Origin: Macrostomum lignano
Taxonomy: Eukaryota
Length of the DNA stretch: 64,000 nt
Reading direction: 5' to 3'
Assembly (NCBI GenBank): GCA_002269645.1
Contig: NIVC01001135.1
Span: 289,579-353,578, forward strand
Under the pieces are notes generated by a model. That model was not told the DNA's origin. It saw nothing but the letters and a program-made list of their open reading frames with translations, and ran no database searches. Every line of letters begins with the position of its first letter. Position 1 is the stretch's first letter. This document shows positions 1-12,860 of this stretch, piece after piece. Position numbers and translations under genes: made by a program.

Positions 1-3000
1 TCAGATTATCGCCTAGAAGTGCTGTGGAGTAGCTGGTCCACCTAACCTACAGACACAACTCGAACAGATTTCTCTGTCTGTTTGAGGCTCTGGCTCTCAG
101 AGCCGCCGAGAAGGTTTAGTGCAGAAAATGCTTCAGTTTGTTAGAATGCAATCAGAACAGATTCCTAGAAAGTGAGCTAGTCCAGCATTAAGGCAGAACA
201 TCTGGATGTGTAACGAGAGGCTCTCGGAGATTCCTGGCTCAGATTATCGTCTAGAAGTGCTGTGGAGTAGCTGGTCCACCTAACCTACAGACACAACTCG
301 AACAGATTTCTCTGTCTGTTTGAGGCTCTGGCTCTTAGGTGGTCCACATAACCTACAGACACAACTGAAGCAGCTCTCTCAGTCTGTTTGAGGCTTTGGC
401 TCTCAGAAGGTGGTCCACATAACCTACAGACACAACTCGAACAGATTTCTCTGTCTGTTTAGGCTCTGGCTCTCAGAGCCGCCGAGAAAGTTTAGTGCAG
501 AAAATGCTTCAGTTTGTTAGAATGCAATCAGAACAGATTCTTAGAAAGTGAGCTAGTCCAGCATCAAGGCAGAACATCTGGATGTGTAACGAGAGGCTCT
601 CGGAGATTCCTGGCTCAGATTATCGCCTAGAAGTGCTGTGGAGTAGCTGGTCCACCTAACCTACAGACACAACTCGAACAGATTTCTCTGTCTGTTTGAG
701 GCTCTGGCTCTTAGGTGGTCCACATAACCTACAGACACAACTGAAGCAGCTCTCTCAGTCTGTTTGAGGCTTTGGCTCTCAGAAGGTGGTCCACATAACC
801 TACAGACACAACTCGAACAGATTTCTCTGTCTGTTTAGGGCTCTGGCTCTCAGAGCCGCCGAGAAAGTTTAGTGCAGAAAATGCTTCAGTTTGTTAGAAT
901 GCAATCAGAACAGATTCCTAGAAAGTGAGCTAGTCCAGCATCAAGGCAGAACATCTGGATGTGTAACGAAAGTCTCTTGGAGACTCCTGGCTCAGATTAT
1001 CGCCTAGAAGTGCTGTGGAGTAGCTGGTCCACCTAACCTACAGACACAACTCGAACAGATTTCTCTGTCTGTTTGAGGCTCTGGCTCTCAGAGCCGCCGA
1101 GAAGGTTTAGTGCAGAAAATGCTTCAGTTTGTTAGAATGCAATCAGAACAGATTCCTAGAAAGTGAGCTAGTCCAGCATTAAGGCAGAACATCTGGATGT
1201 GTAACGAGAGGCTCTCGGAGATTCCTGGCTCAGATTATCGTCTAGAAGTGCTGTGGAGTAGCTGGTCCACCTAACCTACAGACACAACTCGAACAGATTT
1301 CTCTGTCTGTTTGAGGCTCTGGCTCTTAGGTGGTCCACATAACCTACAGACACAACTGAAGCAGCTCTCTCAGTCTGTTTGAGGCTTTGGCTCTCAGAAG
1401 GTGGTCCACATAACCTACAGACACAACTCGAACAGATTTCTCTGTCTGTTTGAGGCTCTGGCTCTCAGAGCCGCCGAGAAAGTTTAGTGCAGAAAATGCT
1501 TCAGTTTGTTAGAATGCAATCAGTACAGATTCTTAGAAAGTGAGCTAGTCCAGCATCAAGTCAGAACATCTGGATGTGTAACGAGAGGCTCTCGGAGATT
1601 CCTGGCTCAGATTATCGCCTAGAAGTGCTGTGGAGTAGCTGGTCCACCTAACCTACAGACACAACTCGAACAGATTTCTCTGTCTGTTTGAGGCTCTGGC
1701 TCTCAGAGCCGCCGAGAAAGTTTAGTGCCGAGAATGCTTCAGTTTGTTAGAATACAATCAGAACAGATTCCTAGAAAGTGAGCTAGTCCAGCATCAAGGC
1801 AGAACATCTGGATGTGTAACGAGAGGCTTTTGGAGATTCCTGGCTCAGATTATCGTCTAGAAGTGCTGTGGAGTAGCTGGTCCACCTAACCTACAGACAC
1901 AACTCGAACAGATTTCTCTGTCTGTTTAGGCTCTGGCTCTCAGAGCCGCCGAGAAAGTTTAGTGCCGAGAATGCTTCAGTTTGTTAGAATGCAATCAGAA
2001 CAGAATCTTAGAAAGTGAGCTAGTCCAGCATCAAGGCAGAACATCTGGATGTGTAACGAGAGGCTCTCGGAGATTCCTGGCTCAGATTATCGCCTAGAAG
2101 TGCTGTGGAGTAGCTGGTCCACCTAACCTACAGACACAACTCGAACAGATTTCTCTGTCTGTTTGAGGCTCTGGCTCTTAGGTGGTCCACATAACCTACA
2201 GACACAACTGAAGCAGCTCTCTCAGTCTGTTTGAGGCTTTGGCTCTCAGAAGGTGGTCCACATAACCTACAGACACAACTCGAACAGATTTCTCTGTCTG
2301 TTTAGGGCTCTGGCTCTCAGAGCCGCCGAGAAAGTTTAGTGCAGAAAATGCTTCAGTTTGTTAGAATGCAATCAGAACAGATTCCTAGAAAGTGAGCTAG
2401 TCCAGCATCAAGGCAGAACATCTGGATGTGTAACGAAAGTCTCTCGGAGATTCCTGGCTCAGATTATCGCCTAGAAGTGCTGTGGAGTAGCTGGTCCACC
2501 TAACCTACAGACACAACTCGAACAGATTTCTCTGTCTGTTTGAGTCTCTGGCTCTCAGAGCCGCCGAGAAAGTTTAGTGCAGAAAATGCTTCAGTTTGTT
2601 AGAATGCAATCAGAACAGATTCCTAGAAAGTGAGCTAGTCCAGCATCAAGGCAGAACATCTGGATGTGTAACGAGAGGCTTTTGGAGATTCCTGGCTCAG
2701 ATTATCGCCTAGAAGTGCTGTGGAGTAGCTGGTCCACCTAACCTACAGACACAACTCGAACAGATTTCTCTGTCTGTTTGAGGCTCTGGCTCTCAGAGCC
2801 GCCGAGAAAGTTTAGTGCCGAGAATGCTTCAGTTTGTTAGAATGCAATCAGAACAGATTCTTAGAAAGTGAGCTAGTCCAGCATCAAGTCAGAACATCTG
2901 GATGCGTAACGAGAGGCTCTCGGAGATTCCTGGCTCAGATTATCGCCTAGAAGTGCTGTGGAGTAGCTGGTCCACCTAACCTACAGACACAACTCGAACA

Positions 3001-3634
3001 GATTTCTCTGTCTGTTTGAGGCTCTGGCTCTCAGAGCCGCCGAGAAAGTTTAGTGCCGAGAATGCTTCAGTTTGTTAGAATACAATCAGAACAGATTCCT
3101 AGAAAGTGAGCTAGTCCAGCATCAAGGCAGAACATCTGGATGTGTAACGAGAGGCTTTTGGAGATTCCTGGCTCAGATTATCGTCTAGAAGTGCTGTGGA
3201 GTAGCTGGTCCACCTAACCTACAGACACAACTCGAACAGATTTCTCTGTCTGTTTGAGGCTCTGGCTCTTAGAGCCGCCGAGAAAGTTTAGTGCCGAGAA
3301 TGCTTCAGTTTGTTAGAATACAATCAGAACAGATTCCTAGAAAGTGAGCTAGTCCAGCATTAAGGCAGAACATCTGGATGTGTAACGAGAGGCTCTCGGA
3401 GATTCCTGGCTCAGATTATCGCCTAGAAGTGCTGTGGAGTAGCTGGTCCACCTAACCTACAGACACAACTCGAACAGATTTCTCTGTCTGTTTGAGGCTC
3501 TGGCTCTTAGGTGGTCCACATAACCTACAGACACAACTGAAGCAGCTCTCTCAGTCTGTTTGAGGCTTTTGCTCTCGGAAGGTGGTCCACCTAACCTACA
3601 GACACAACTGGAACAGATTTCTGTGTCTGTTTGA
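1..3634. repeat. Complex satellite array of mixed 237-238 bp and 376-377 bp units (runs off the left edge of the window)
   Basis: Unit starts (TCAGATTATCG) at 1, 239, 615, 992, 1230, 1607, 1845, 2082, 2459, 2697, 2935, 3173, 3411. Long units carry two extra 68 and 71 bp sub-repeats beginning GGTCCAC(C/A)TAACCTACAGACACAACT. Confidence 0.97.
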
Positions 3635-4710
3635 TTGTCAGTTAATTTTATTTTCTACCTTTGTAGGAGCCTGTGGTTGATTTTGTTCGCCTGAGCTCGA
3701 CGAGACTGACTGCGTTTCACCGAGATGAAGGTTAAAACGAACTGTAAAAGAAGATTCAAACCACTAATTGACGAGAAATATAGAAAGGTTCATCATAGAG
3801 CTGAGCTGACGAAAGCGGATTCGATGGCTGAGTAAGCTGAAATTCGTGAGAGAGGCAATGACAGATCAATAACAGAAGCGGTCTCGGACCACGGAGGCAG
3901 GGAAGGTCCAGGAGAATATTTCGTAGAAAAAATAAGAAGATTAAGCCATCATCTGCGTGAACGAAAAGATGAAAGTCGGTAAAATGATTGGCTTATCATA
4001 TGATTGCTCACCAACTCATTCAGTATAATAGGACTGGTGTAGTCAAATCAATTTAATTTCAGTTTCAGTAACTTTTGTCGTTATTAAAAATGCCCTTCAA
4101 CTTCTTGTAGGCTCGTACTCGGATGACCTTTTTTAACTAATGGAATCTTACGTTTGTTAACATGTATTTGAAGCATACATTTTGACCTAAATTAGTTTTA
4201 ATGAGTTTACAGTTAGTATTTGATATGATTCGGTATTTTTTTTCAAAATGCTTTATTTTCATTCACCTTCTTGTATTCACGCGACGCAACTAACTAATGC
4301 GATCGTACATTTGTTTAACCCGATTAACCTGATTAGTAATGCTAAATAAATTGGTTTGAATTTGGGATATTTTCATTAAATGACGTCGTAACGCTTTTAT
4401 CTGTTCTTTTTGAGAATTTCTGTTTTAATTAGTTCAAAAGAACAGTTTAAAGCAATAAATTTTCTACAACGAAAGAGGTCTAACTAAACCAACTGTTTTT
4501 TTGCGGTCCACCTAACCCGGTCCCCAAAACGTAGTTAGTGAACCACCACAGTTTCCCCGAACTGGCTATTCCGTCAAGTTAACAAAAAGATAACCCTAGC
4601 TAGCCTTTCGCGTTGTCAAAACAGACTCTATTTTTTAACCGGAATTGCGTGGTCCACATAACGCATTAACATAACTCAGGTCCCGCTAAACACACAGACA
4701 GTCGTAAGAG

Positions 4711-4826
<116 letters not shown>

Positions 4827-5432
4827 CTTTGAATTATAAATAGTTAAGCCCCACTCAGGAAAAACTCTACAAAACACCAATTGCAGGCTTTAATTATTCA
4901 CAGCAATTTATTGCATTGCATTTGACTGCCACTGCACAACCGCTTTTACTTGTGGTGCTGCAACTGCAGTTCACAGCTGGTGGATTAAAAATAATTAATG
5001 ATTAGCGCAATAAAATACCTGCAGCTGCTCCGTAAGAACACTGCAGAGAACACGGGTTGAGACAGAATGCAAGGCAAAACTCATTGTACAAGAGAAGAAT
5101 AACCTTCACAGCTTGACACAAGGTGAGTAAAGTCAGTCTGTTCGGGTACATGGCCGCCGCTATGTGTTGCATCGGATACCAACGCACAGTGAGGAGGGAA
5201 GCACCTTAGTCAGCAGGTAGGAGAATGAGAGGTAAGGTGAGCACTGGCAGAGGAACGCGCGTGAAGGATTTCGGGATGCATTAGCGAGACAGGCATCTTT
5301 CAATTGCTAGAAGTACATCGCCTACTTTCTCTCTGTTTATAAAAATGCTCGCAGGTCAGAAGGGCCGTGATTTGCTTGAACAGCGCTTTTAACCTGTCTG
5401 TCTCGGATACTTTTTAGGCTTGTGAAACCTTC

Positions 5433-5508
5433 GGGGCGGAGCAGCTGAGCGGTAAACCCGTCTGGCTCTGGCGCCAAGACGCCCCCTGGTTCGATTCCAG
5501 CTCTTTTT
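5433..5508 (+). other. tRNA-like relic (tRNA pseudogene or tRNA-derived SINE head)
   Basis: A-box-like AGCTGAGCGGTAAA, T-arm CTGG-TTCGATT-CCAG (B box), then a T run. The acceptor stem does not pair well, so it is not called a functional tRNA. Confidence 0.4.
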
Positions 5509-5706
5509 ATTTTTCGCCTTTTTTCAAAAATGAATGTTGGAAAGTCTGAAAGTCAAGAAAATGAGCAAACTGGCAACTCAAGACTGAAGGTACAGAATTT
5601 CCTGTCTCGCCAATGCGTCTTGGATTCCTAGAAGCCTCTCGCGACTTGCGGGGGGGGGGAGCGCACAGGGCCAACTGGAGCATCCCATGTTGGCGGAGCA
5701 TCGACC

Positions 5707-7296
5707 TCAGTGCCTGCCCCGCCCAGTCTTGTGCGTGTAGAACTTGTTGAAGTTCTCCGTGATGATCGGCACGGGGATCGCCAGGGTCAGCACGCCCGCC
5801 ACGGCGCACACGGAGCCGACGATCTTGCCCAGCGGGCCCTTCGGCACCTTGTCGCCGTAGCCCACGGTGCACATGGTGATGACCGCCCACCAGAACGCGT
5901 CCGGGATGCTCTCGATCTGCGAGCCGCGCACCTCGGCCTCCACATAGTAGATGGTGGATGAGAACAGCAGGATGCAGACGATCAGCGCCACCAGGAAGAG
6001 TCCGAGACCTTCGATGCTGGCCCGGAAGGTGAGCACCAGCACCTGCAGGTCGGCCGAGTGCTTGGTGAGCTTGAACACCCGGATGAGGCGGACAACTCGC
6101 AGGAAGGCCAGCGAGGCGCTCGACCGGGCGCCCTCGCAGCTCATCGTGACCAGCACATTAGTGAGGGTGACATAGTACGGCACAATGGCCGACAGGTCCA
6201 CCGCATTCTTGATGTCCTTCATGAACGCCTTCTTGCACGGGCAGACGAGGAAGCGGACCACCAGCTCGATGGTGAACCAGGCCGTGCAGGCCGACTCGGC
6301 CACGAAGAACGGGTCGAAGAAGTTCGGCAGGCCGGACGGCACGCAGTGCGTTCCTTTGAATTCGTGGAGCGTCTCGGCGCAGAACAGAATGATTGACAGG
6401 ATGGTGAAGACCACCGACACGATGGCGATGAGGAAGGCGGGCGCGCTGGTCTCCGGGTACTCGAACAGCATCCAGACGGCTCGCTTGAACGGGTGCTCGG
6501 GCAGCACGACAGTCTCAGAGATGTAGCCTTCGTCCTTCTTGTAGGCGTCGATGACCTCGCGCTCGATCTCGTAGAACTCCAGCTCGGACAGGAAGATGTC
6601 GTCCGTGACGGTGGGCGGCCGCTTCAGCTTGCCGCCGTACTGGTAGTAGTTGAATACGGCCTCAAAGGTGGGCCGGTGCCTGTCAAAGAAGTACTCGTGG
6701 CTGCGCCTGTCGAAGTAGCGCGCCCGCTTCTGCGGGTTGCCCAGCAGGGTGCGCGGGTGCTGGTTGAGGACGCCCAGCCGGGTCTCGAAGTGCATGCCGG
6801 ACACGTTCAGGCGGACCCGCTCGCAGCCCAGCAGGTGGCAGTCGTGGAAGGCGGATGCCGCCGCTGATGCCGCTGACACGGCTGGAAGGTGCCGGGCGGA
6901 GGGAATCGGCGGGGACCGGAAGCCACTGCTGCCGCTGCGATGCTGTCGGTTGTCGTTGTCGTCTTCGCCCTCTGAAACGGTGACAACCGATGCAGCTTCC
7001 TCTTCCTCATCGTTGTCCTCGTTCTCTGCCGCTGTCGCCTGCTGCCTCTGCCTGTAGAGGCGCAGATGCGATGTCTGCGACTCGAACCGCACCAGCTTGG
7101 TGCGCCTCGAGGAGCCGCCGCCGTCCCCGCCGACGCCAAATTTGTTTTTCTGCTGATTCTTCTTCCTCTGGTGCCGCTTCTGCTGGTGCTGCTGTCGGCT
7201 GTCTGACTGCCCGCCAGACATGCTGAGGTCCTCGCGGGAGTGGCTCATTGTGCCCAGGCCGCCGCTGGGGCTCATGTAGGAGGGCACGTACAGCAT
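5707..7296 (-). CDS. Voltage-gated K+ channel, Shaker (Kv1)-type, single exon, 529 aa
   Basis: T1 domain (ERVRLNVSGMHFET...EYFFDRHRPTFEAVFNYYQYGGKLKRP), S1-S6, S4 RVVRLIRVFKLTKH, pore WWAVITMCTVGYGD, S6 PVP gate (LAIPVPII). ATG in CGCCATG context. Confidence 0.96.
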   Translation of the reverse strand: MLYVPSYMSPSGGLGTMSHSREDLSMSGGQSDSRQQHQQKRHQRKKNQQKNKFGVGGDGGGSSRRTKLVRFESQTSHLRLYRQRQQATAAENEDNDEEEEAASVVTVSEGEDDNDNRQHRSGSSGFRSPPIPSARHLPAVSAASAAASAFHDCHLLGCERVRLNVSGMHFETRLGVLNQHPRTLLGNPQKRARYFDRRSHEYFFDRHRPTFEAVFNYYQYGGKLKRPPTVTDDIFLSELEFYEIEREVIDAYKKDEGYISETVVLPEHPFKRAVWMLFEYPETSAPAFLIAIVSVVFTILSIILFCAETLHEFKGTHCVPSGLPNFFDPFFVAESACTAWFTIELVVRFLVCPCKKAFMKDIKNAVDLSAIVPYYVTLTNVLVTMSCEGARSSASLAFLRVVRLIRVFKLTKHSADLQVLVLTFRASIEGLGLFLVALIVCILLFSSTIYYVEAEVRGSQIESIPDAFWWAVITMCTVGYGDKVPKGPLGKIVGSVCAVAGVLTLAIPVPIITENFNKFYTHKTGRGRH

Positions 7297-7560
7297 GGCG
7301 ATGGTGACTGGCGGCTACTGGCTCAGCTGGGCGGGCTGCTATTGGCTGTCGGTCGCTGCTGCCCGTCAGCCGCTTGTCGCTCTGGCAGCTGCAGTTGAGT
7401 GCGGGAACGGGGCTTGAGTCTTCGAAAAAGGGACATACTTGAGCAGTTTGTGCGTGTCGGCAGGGTTAGAAGCTAATCTTTCAGGTCCTCAGAAGCTAAT
7501 CATATGAGTTGGACGCTAAGAACTTACGTTGGAAGCTTAATAAATATACTTTACAGGAGC

Positions 7561-8535
7561 AAATGACACTGATCGGGAGCTAATGACACTGATCGAGTAC
7601 TAATGACACTGATCGAGTACTAATGACACTGATCGGGAGCTAATGACACTGATCGAGTACTAATGACACTGATCGGGAGCTAATGACACTGATCGGGAGC
7701 TAATGACACTGATCGGGAGCTAATGACACTGATCGGGAGCTAATGACACTGATCGGGAGCTAATGACACTAATCGGAAGCTAATGACACTGATCGGGAGC
7801 TAATGACACTGATCGAGTACTAATGACACTGATCGGGAGCTAATGACACTGATCGAGTACTAATGACACTGATCGGGAGCTAATGACACTGATCGGGAGC
7901 TAATGACACTGATCGGGAGCTAATGACACTGATCGGGAGCTAATGACACTAATCGGAAGCTAATGACACTGATCGGGAGCTAATGACACTGATCGGGAGC
8001 TAATGACACTAATTGGGAGCTAATGACACTGATCGGGAGCTAATGACACTGATCGGGAGCTAATGACACTATTCGGGAGCTAATGACACTGATCGGGAGC
8101 TAAGACACTGGTCAGGAGCTAATGACACTGATCGGGAGCTAATGACACTGATCGGGAGCTAATGACACTATTCGGGAGCTAATGACACTGATCGGGAGCT
8201 AAGACACTGGTCAGGAGCTAATGACACTGATCGGGAGCTAATGACACTGATCGGGAGCTAATGACACTATTCGGGAGCTAATGACACTGATCGGGAGCTA
8301 ATGACACTGATCGGGAGCTAATGACACTGATCGGGAGCTAATGACACTGATCGGGAGCTAATGACACTGATCGGGAGCTAATGACACTGATCGGGAGCTA
8401 ATGACACTGATCGGGAGCTAATGACACTATTCGGGAGCTAATGACACTGATCGGGAGCTAGTGACACTATTCGGGAGCTAATGACACTGATCGGGAGCTA
8501 ATGACACTGGTCGGGAGCTAGTGACACTGGTTAGA
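7561..8535. repeat. 20-bp minisatellite (TAATGACACTGATCGGGAGC)n
   Basis: About 48 tandem copies with minor variants (GATCGAGTAC, ATTCGGGAGC). Confidence 0.97.
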
Positions 8536-9273
8536 AGCAAACGACCCACATTGAAAGCTTTTTAAGTTCGGAAGCTAATCCAGATCTCTAGAAGCATAGA
8601 TCCAATAATCCGCAGGCCCGTCGAGCAGACATCAAAGAAACTGAAAAGCGATTTCGCACAGTCTGTCTCCAGCTGCCTCACGATAGAAATTAGGAAATTC
8701 ATTTCTCGCCGCCCATCCGCCGTGGAAGTCTCTCAGCCACCCCCCTCGGGAATGCGGAGCGCAGCAACTTCCCAGGTCGAGTTTCCAGGCCGCCCCGCCC
8801 AGACCGATCGCGATAACTGAGTTACCGAATTGAGTTGCGAATTGCCGCGACCCCCAGGGCCTGGCTGATGGACGCGGGCGGTGCTCTATTAAATGCCTCT
8901 CGACTTACACGAGTCCCACGGCTTCAAGAAGAGTTGCTTCTTTAATTGAAAAATGCATTTTGCTTCAACGAAAAATGTATCCTAATAATTTTCAACAAGT
9001 GCGCCGCGTCGGCCCACTAGGCTGATGGCGATGACAGAGCTACTTATTATCGGCGACGATTGATTTCTGATTTTACTACTTTTAGTAGCAATGCAATTTT
9101 TTGTTTTGTCATTTCTGCTGGAAGCTGCATGTTAAAACTTTAGAATAGAAATTAGACCAGAAAGAGCATTTCAGAAGATAGCTAAAAGTTATTCTTAGAA
9201 AGTAGCTTAGAATTAGCATAGAAAGTAGCTCAGAAAGTACGCTCGTAGCTGGTAGCTCATGCAATAGCTCAAA

Positions 9274-9592
9274 AAGTAGCTCAGAAAGTAGCTCAGAAAG
9301 TAGCTCAGAAAGTAGCTCAGAAAGTAGCTCAGAAAGTAGCTCAGAAAGTAGCTCAGAAAGTAGCTCAGAAAGTAGCTCAGAAAGTAGCTCAGAAAGTAGC
9401 TCAGAAAGTAGCTCAGAAAGTAGCTCAGAAAGTAGCTCAGAAAGTAGCTCAGAAAGTAGCTCAGAAAGTAGCTCAGAAAGTAGCTCAGAAAGTAGCTCAG
9501 AAAGTAGCACGTAGCCCAGGCAGTAGCTCAGAAAGTAGCACGTAGCCCAGGCAGTAGCTCAGAAAGTAGCTCAGAAAGTAGCTCAGAAAGTA
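9274..9592. repeat. 12-bp minisatellite (AAGTAGCTCAGA)n
   Basis: Tandem copies seen directly; explains the spurious LLSE-repeat ORF. Confidence 0.96.
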
Positions 9593-10270
9593 GTCCTGAA
9601 AGTAGTTTATAACAGCATCTAAGGCAGTCACTCTGCTTAGTGCTCACTGCACAGCAATATTCGGTGCACAAATCAAAGTTTTCCTATTATTAAATTCCAT
9701 AAAATGCCATAATCCGAATCACTACTATAAGTACAGCTAGCGATTGCAGCAGTTAAAACTATCTACTACCCAGGTGCAATGCCCTCCCAATTCTTGCCGC
9801 AGTTCTCCCTCAGATTGTGTCCCGATCGAGTCCCCAGACCAACTGCGGCTGGGGAGGGGACGGCACGGGCGCTCGAACGTGTCCAACTGAATGAGAACAG
9901 AGGCATAATGGGACAGCATCGGCTCTGAGCATTTTGCTTAGGGATTTCTTATCTAATCTAGTTGGCGGGATCTTGCTCATCAGCGGCTCCTCAGCGTCGG
10001 TGGCTCCCGACCTTGCCGGCGGGATGAGAGGATGAGGAATCCGAAAGGAGACGACGGGGCGGGGATGAGATGGAGTTTTTGAGTAGAGCCCCCGGTGCAG
10101 ATTTTTCCCAGAGCCGCAAGCTGGCCGAACGAGCCGTGCCGACTCTGGCGCTTGGCTAAGCATTAATTATTTGATGATGAGGCATGCGGAGCCTGGAAGA
10201 TTAGCCACACGCTTTTAGGTGAGAAAATTTGCAGCCTAGTGAAACTCTGAGTTTATGCTCTCTAATACCT

Positions 10271-10430
10271 AAGAGAGAGAAGAGAGATAAGAGATGAGAG
10301 GCGAGAGAGATGAGAGAAGAGAGATGAGAGACGAAAAATAAAAGACCAGAGGGATGAGAGACGAGAGAGAAGAGAGGTGAGAGAGATGAGAGAAGAGAGA
10401 TGAGAGGCGAGAGGCGAGAGAAGAGTAGAG
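10271..10430. repeat. GA-rich degenerate microsatellite
   Basis: GAGA/GATGAGA low-complexity tract. Confidence 0.8.
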
Positions 10431-11001
10431 ATGGATGTTGGTCCTTAGCTCAGCAGGGGCTGGGAGAGAACTGACAGCTAATAAGGTAGTCTTAAGAAAC
10501 AGAGAATGCAGAGGGCCAGTGAGAATAAGGGAAGAAAATCCCAAAGAGCCACAGCCGAGGGAGGCCGGCAGCTGGTACGAGTGTAGCCGCTCTCCACTTT
10601 CGCGCGGCTGTCAGAATTTGGCGTTCAGTGGCGCGGAGCGGTTCGGGCCGGCACTCTCACCTTTTGCGCCAGACGATTCACCGCGGGCTGTCCGCGCACC
10701 TCCGACCCACAGCAGCAATTCAGGTGTTCCTTATTTTATGCGGCAAAGTTTGACACCACCGCAATTGGGGAGTGCGTGCGGGGCTCGGCGTGGGGGCGAA
10801 GATTCGATTCAGAGGTGGGTTGTGCGCACTTTTATTGCTGCAGCGGAATCTGCCCATTGTCTGTACTAATCTGGTCTGCCATAACACAGCCTTTATGGAG
10901 TTTGCCTTGGTGTAGCTGCGTGACCTGTATAGTGTCCTACAGTCTCTTACAATGTGGCTAAAATTATCACGCAGTTAGTGATTTGCCTCAGACGGGGTTC
11001 A

Positions 11002-11792
11002 TACAGCGCCTCAGTGTGATCTATACAGTGTGTCAGTGTGATCTATACAGTGCCTGAGTGTGATCTATACAGTGCCTCAGTGTGATCTATACAGTGCCTC
11101 AGTGTGATCTATACAGCGCCTCAGTGTGATCTATACAGTGTGTCAGTGTGATCTATACAGTGTCTCAGTGTGATCTATACAGTGCCTCAGTGTGATCTAT
11201 ACAGTGTCTCAGTGTGATCTATACAGCGCCTCAGTGTGATCTATACAGTGTGTCAGTGTGATCTATACAGTGTCTCAGTGTGATCTATACAGTGCCTCAG
11301 TGTGATCTATACAGCGCCTCAGTGTGATCTATACAGTGCCTGAGTGTGATCTATACAGTGCCTCAGTGTGATCTATACAGTGTGTCAGTGTGATCTATAC
11401 AGCGCCTCAGTGTGATCTATACAGTGTGTCAGTGTGATCTATACAGTGTCTCAGTGTGATCTATACAGTGCCTCAGTGTCATCTATACAGTGCCTCAGTG
11501 TGATCTATACAGTGTCTCAGTGTCATCTATACAGTGCCTCAGTGTGATCTATACAGTGCCTCAGTGTGATCTATACATTGCCTCAATGTGTGATCTATAC
11601 AGTGCCTCAGTGTGGTCTATACATTGCCTCAATGTGTGATCTATACAGTGCCTCAGTGTGGTCTATACATTGCCTCAATGTGTGATCTATACAGTGCCTC
11701 AGTGTGGTCTATACATTGCCTCAATGTGTGATCTATACAGTGCCTCAGTGTGATCTATACATTGCCTCAATGTGTGATCTATACAGTGTCTC
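11002..11792. repeat. 22-bp minisatellite (CAGTGCCTCAGTGTGATCTATA)n
   Basis: About 35 copies; a CATTGCCTCAATGTGTGATC variant appears toward the 3' end. Confidence 0.95.
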
Positions 11793-12145
11793 AATGCACC
11801 CCTTTATCCCCCTTAAAAACGGAGCCAACCATAGTAATGCTTTCTATTTAAAAAGTTCATTTCGAAAGGAACCCCTATTAGTCGAACTACGCGCGTGACC
11901 CTGAACAGAAATTTTCTAATTTGGCAAAGTTTCTTTTATCCCTTATTAGCTATTCTTCTGAGTAGCTACAGGTTAGCAAGCTCAAAGTGACAGGCCATTA
12001 TTATAATGATTTGCACTAGTATCATTTTCAGTTTTTCACTCGCATGAGAAACTTAATTAATGCGAATGTCTTTGCTAAAATATTCTTCAAAATCCACTTT
12101 GAAAAAGATTTAATATCGTACAAATTGTAGTGAGCTAATTAGCAG

Positions 12146-12860
12146 GATCCTTTGTGATCCTGTGTGATACTGTGTGATCCTTTGTGATACTTTGTGATCT
12201 TGTGTGATCCTGTGTGATCCTGTGTGATCCTGTGTGATCCTGTATGATCCTGTGTGATCTTGTGTGATCCTGTGTGATCCTGTGTGATCCTGTGTGATCC
12301 TGTGTGATCCTTTGTGATCCTGCGTGATCTTGTGTGATCCTGTATGATCCTGTGTGATCCTGTGTGATCATGTGTGATCCTGTATGATCCTGTGTGATCC
12401 TGTGTGATCCTGTGTGATCCTGTGTGATCCTGTGTGATCCTGTGTGATCCCGTATGATCCTGTATGATCCTGTGTGATCCTGTATGATCCTGTGTGATCC
12501 TGTGTGATCCTGTATGATCCTGTATGATCCTGTGTGATCCTGTGTGATCCTGTATGATCCTGTGTGATCCTATGTGATCCTATGTGATCATGTGTGATCC
12601 TGTATGATCCTGTGTGATCCTATGTGATCCTGTATGATCCTGTGTGATCCTATGTGATCCTGTGTGATCCTGTATGATCCTGTATGATCCTGTATGATCC
12701 TATGTGATCCTGTATGATCCTGTATGATCCTGTGTGATCCTATGTGATCATGTGTGATCCTGTATGATCCTGTGTGATCCTGTGTGATCCTGTATGATCC
12801 TGTGTGATCCTGTGTGATCCTGTGTGATCCTGTGTGATCCTGCGTGATCCTGTGTGATCG
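12146..12860. repeat. 10-bp minisatellite (GATCCTGTGT/GATCCTGTAT)n
   Basis: About 70 copies. Confidence 0.96.

Noticed and set aside
1-3634. CRISPR-like array
   Set aside because: The units repeat in full with no unique spacers, there are no cas genes, and the context is eukaryotic.
3700-4000. Possible reverse-transcriptase relic on the minus strand (LFVHADDGLIF; FSSISGLNL)
   Set aside because: The two motif-like strings are in different frames and wrongly spaced; too weak to call.
5507-7226. Numerous plus-strand and alternate-frame ORFs overlapping the Kv, HMG20-like, MTFR1-like, MyTH4-FERM and NTPDase genes
   Set aside because: Shadow ORFs expected from high GC3 coding sequence.
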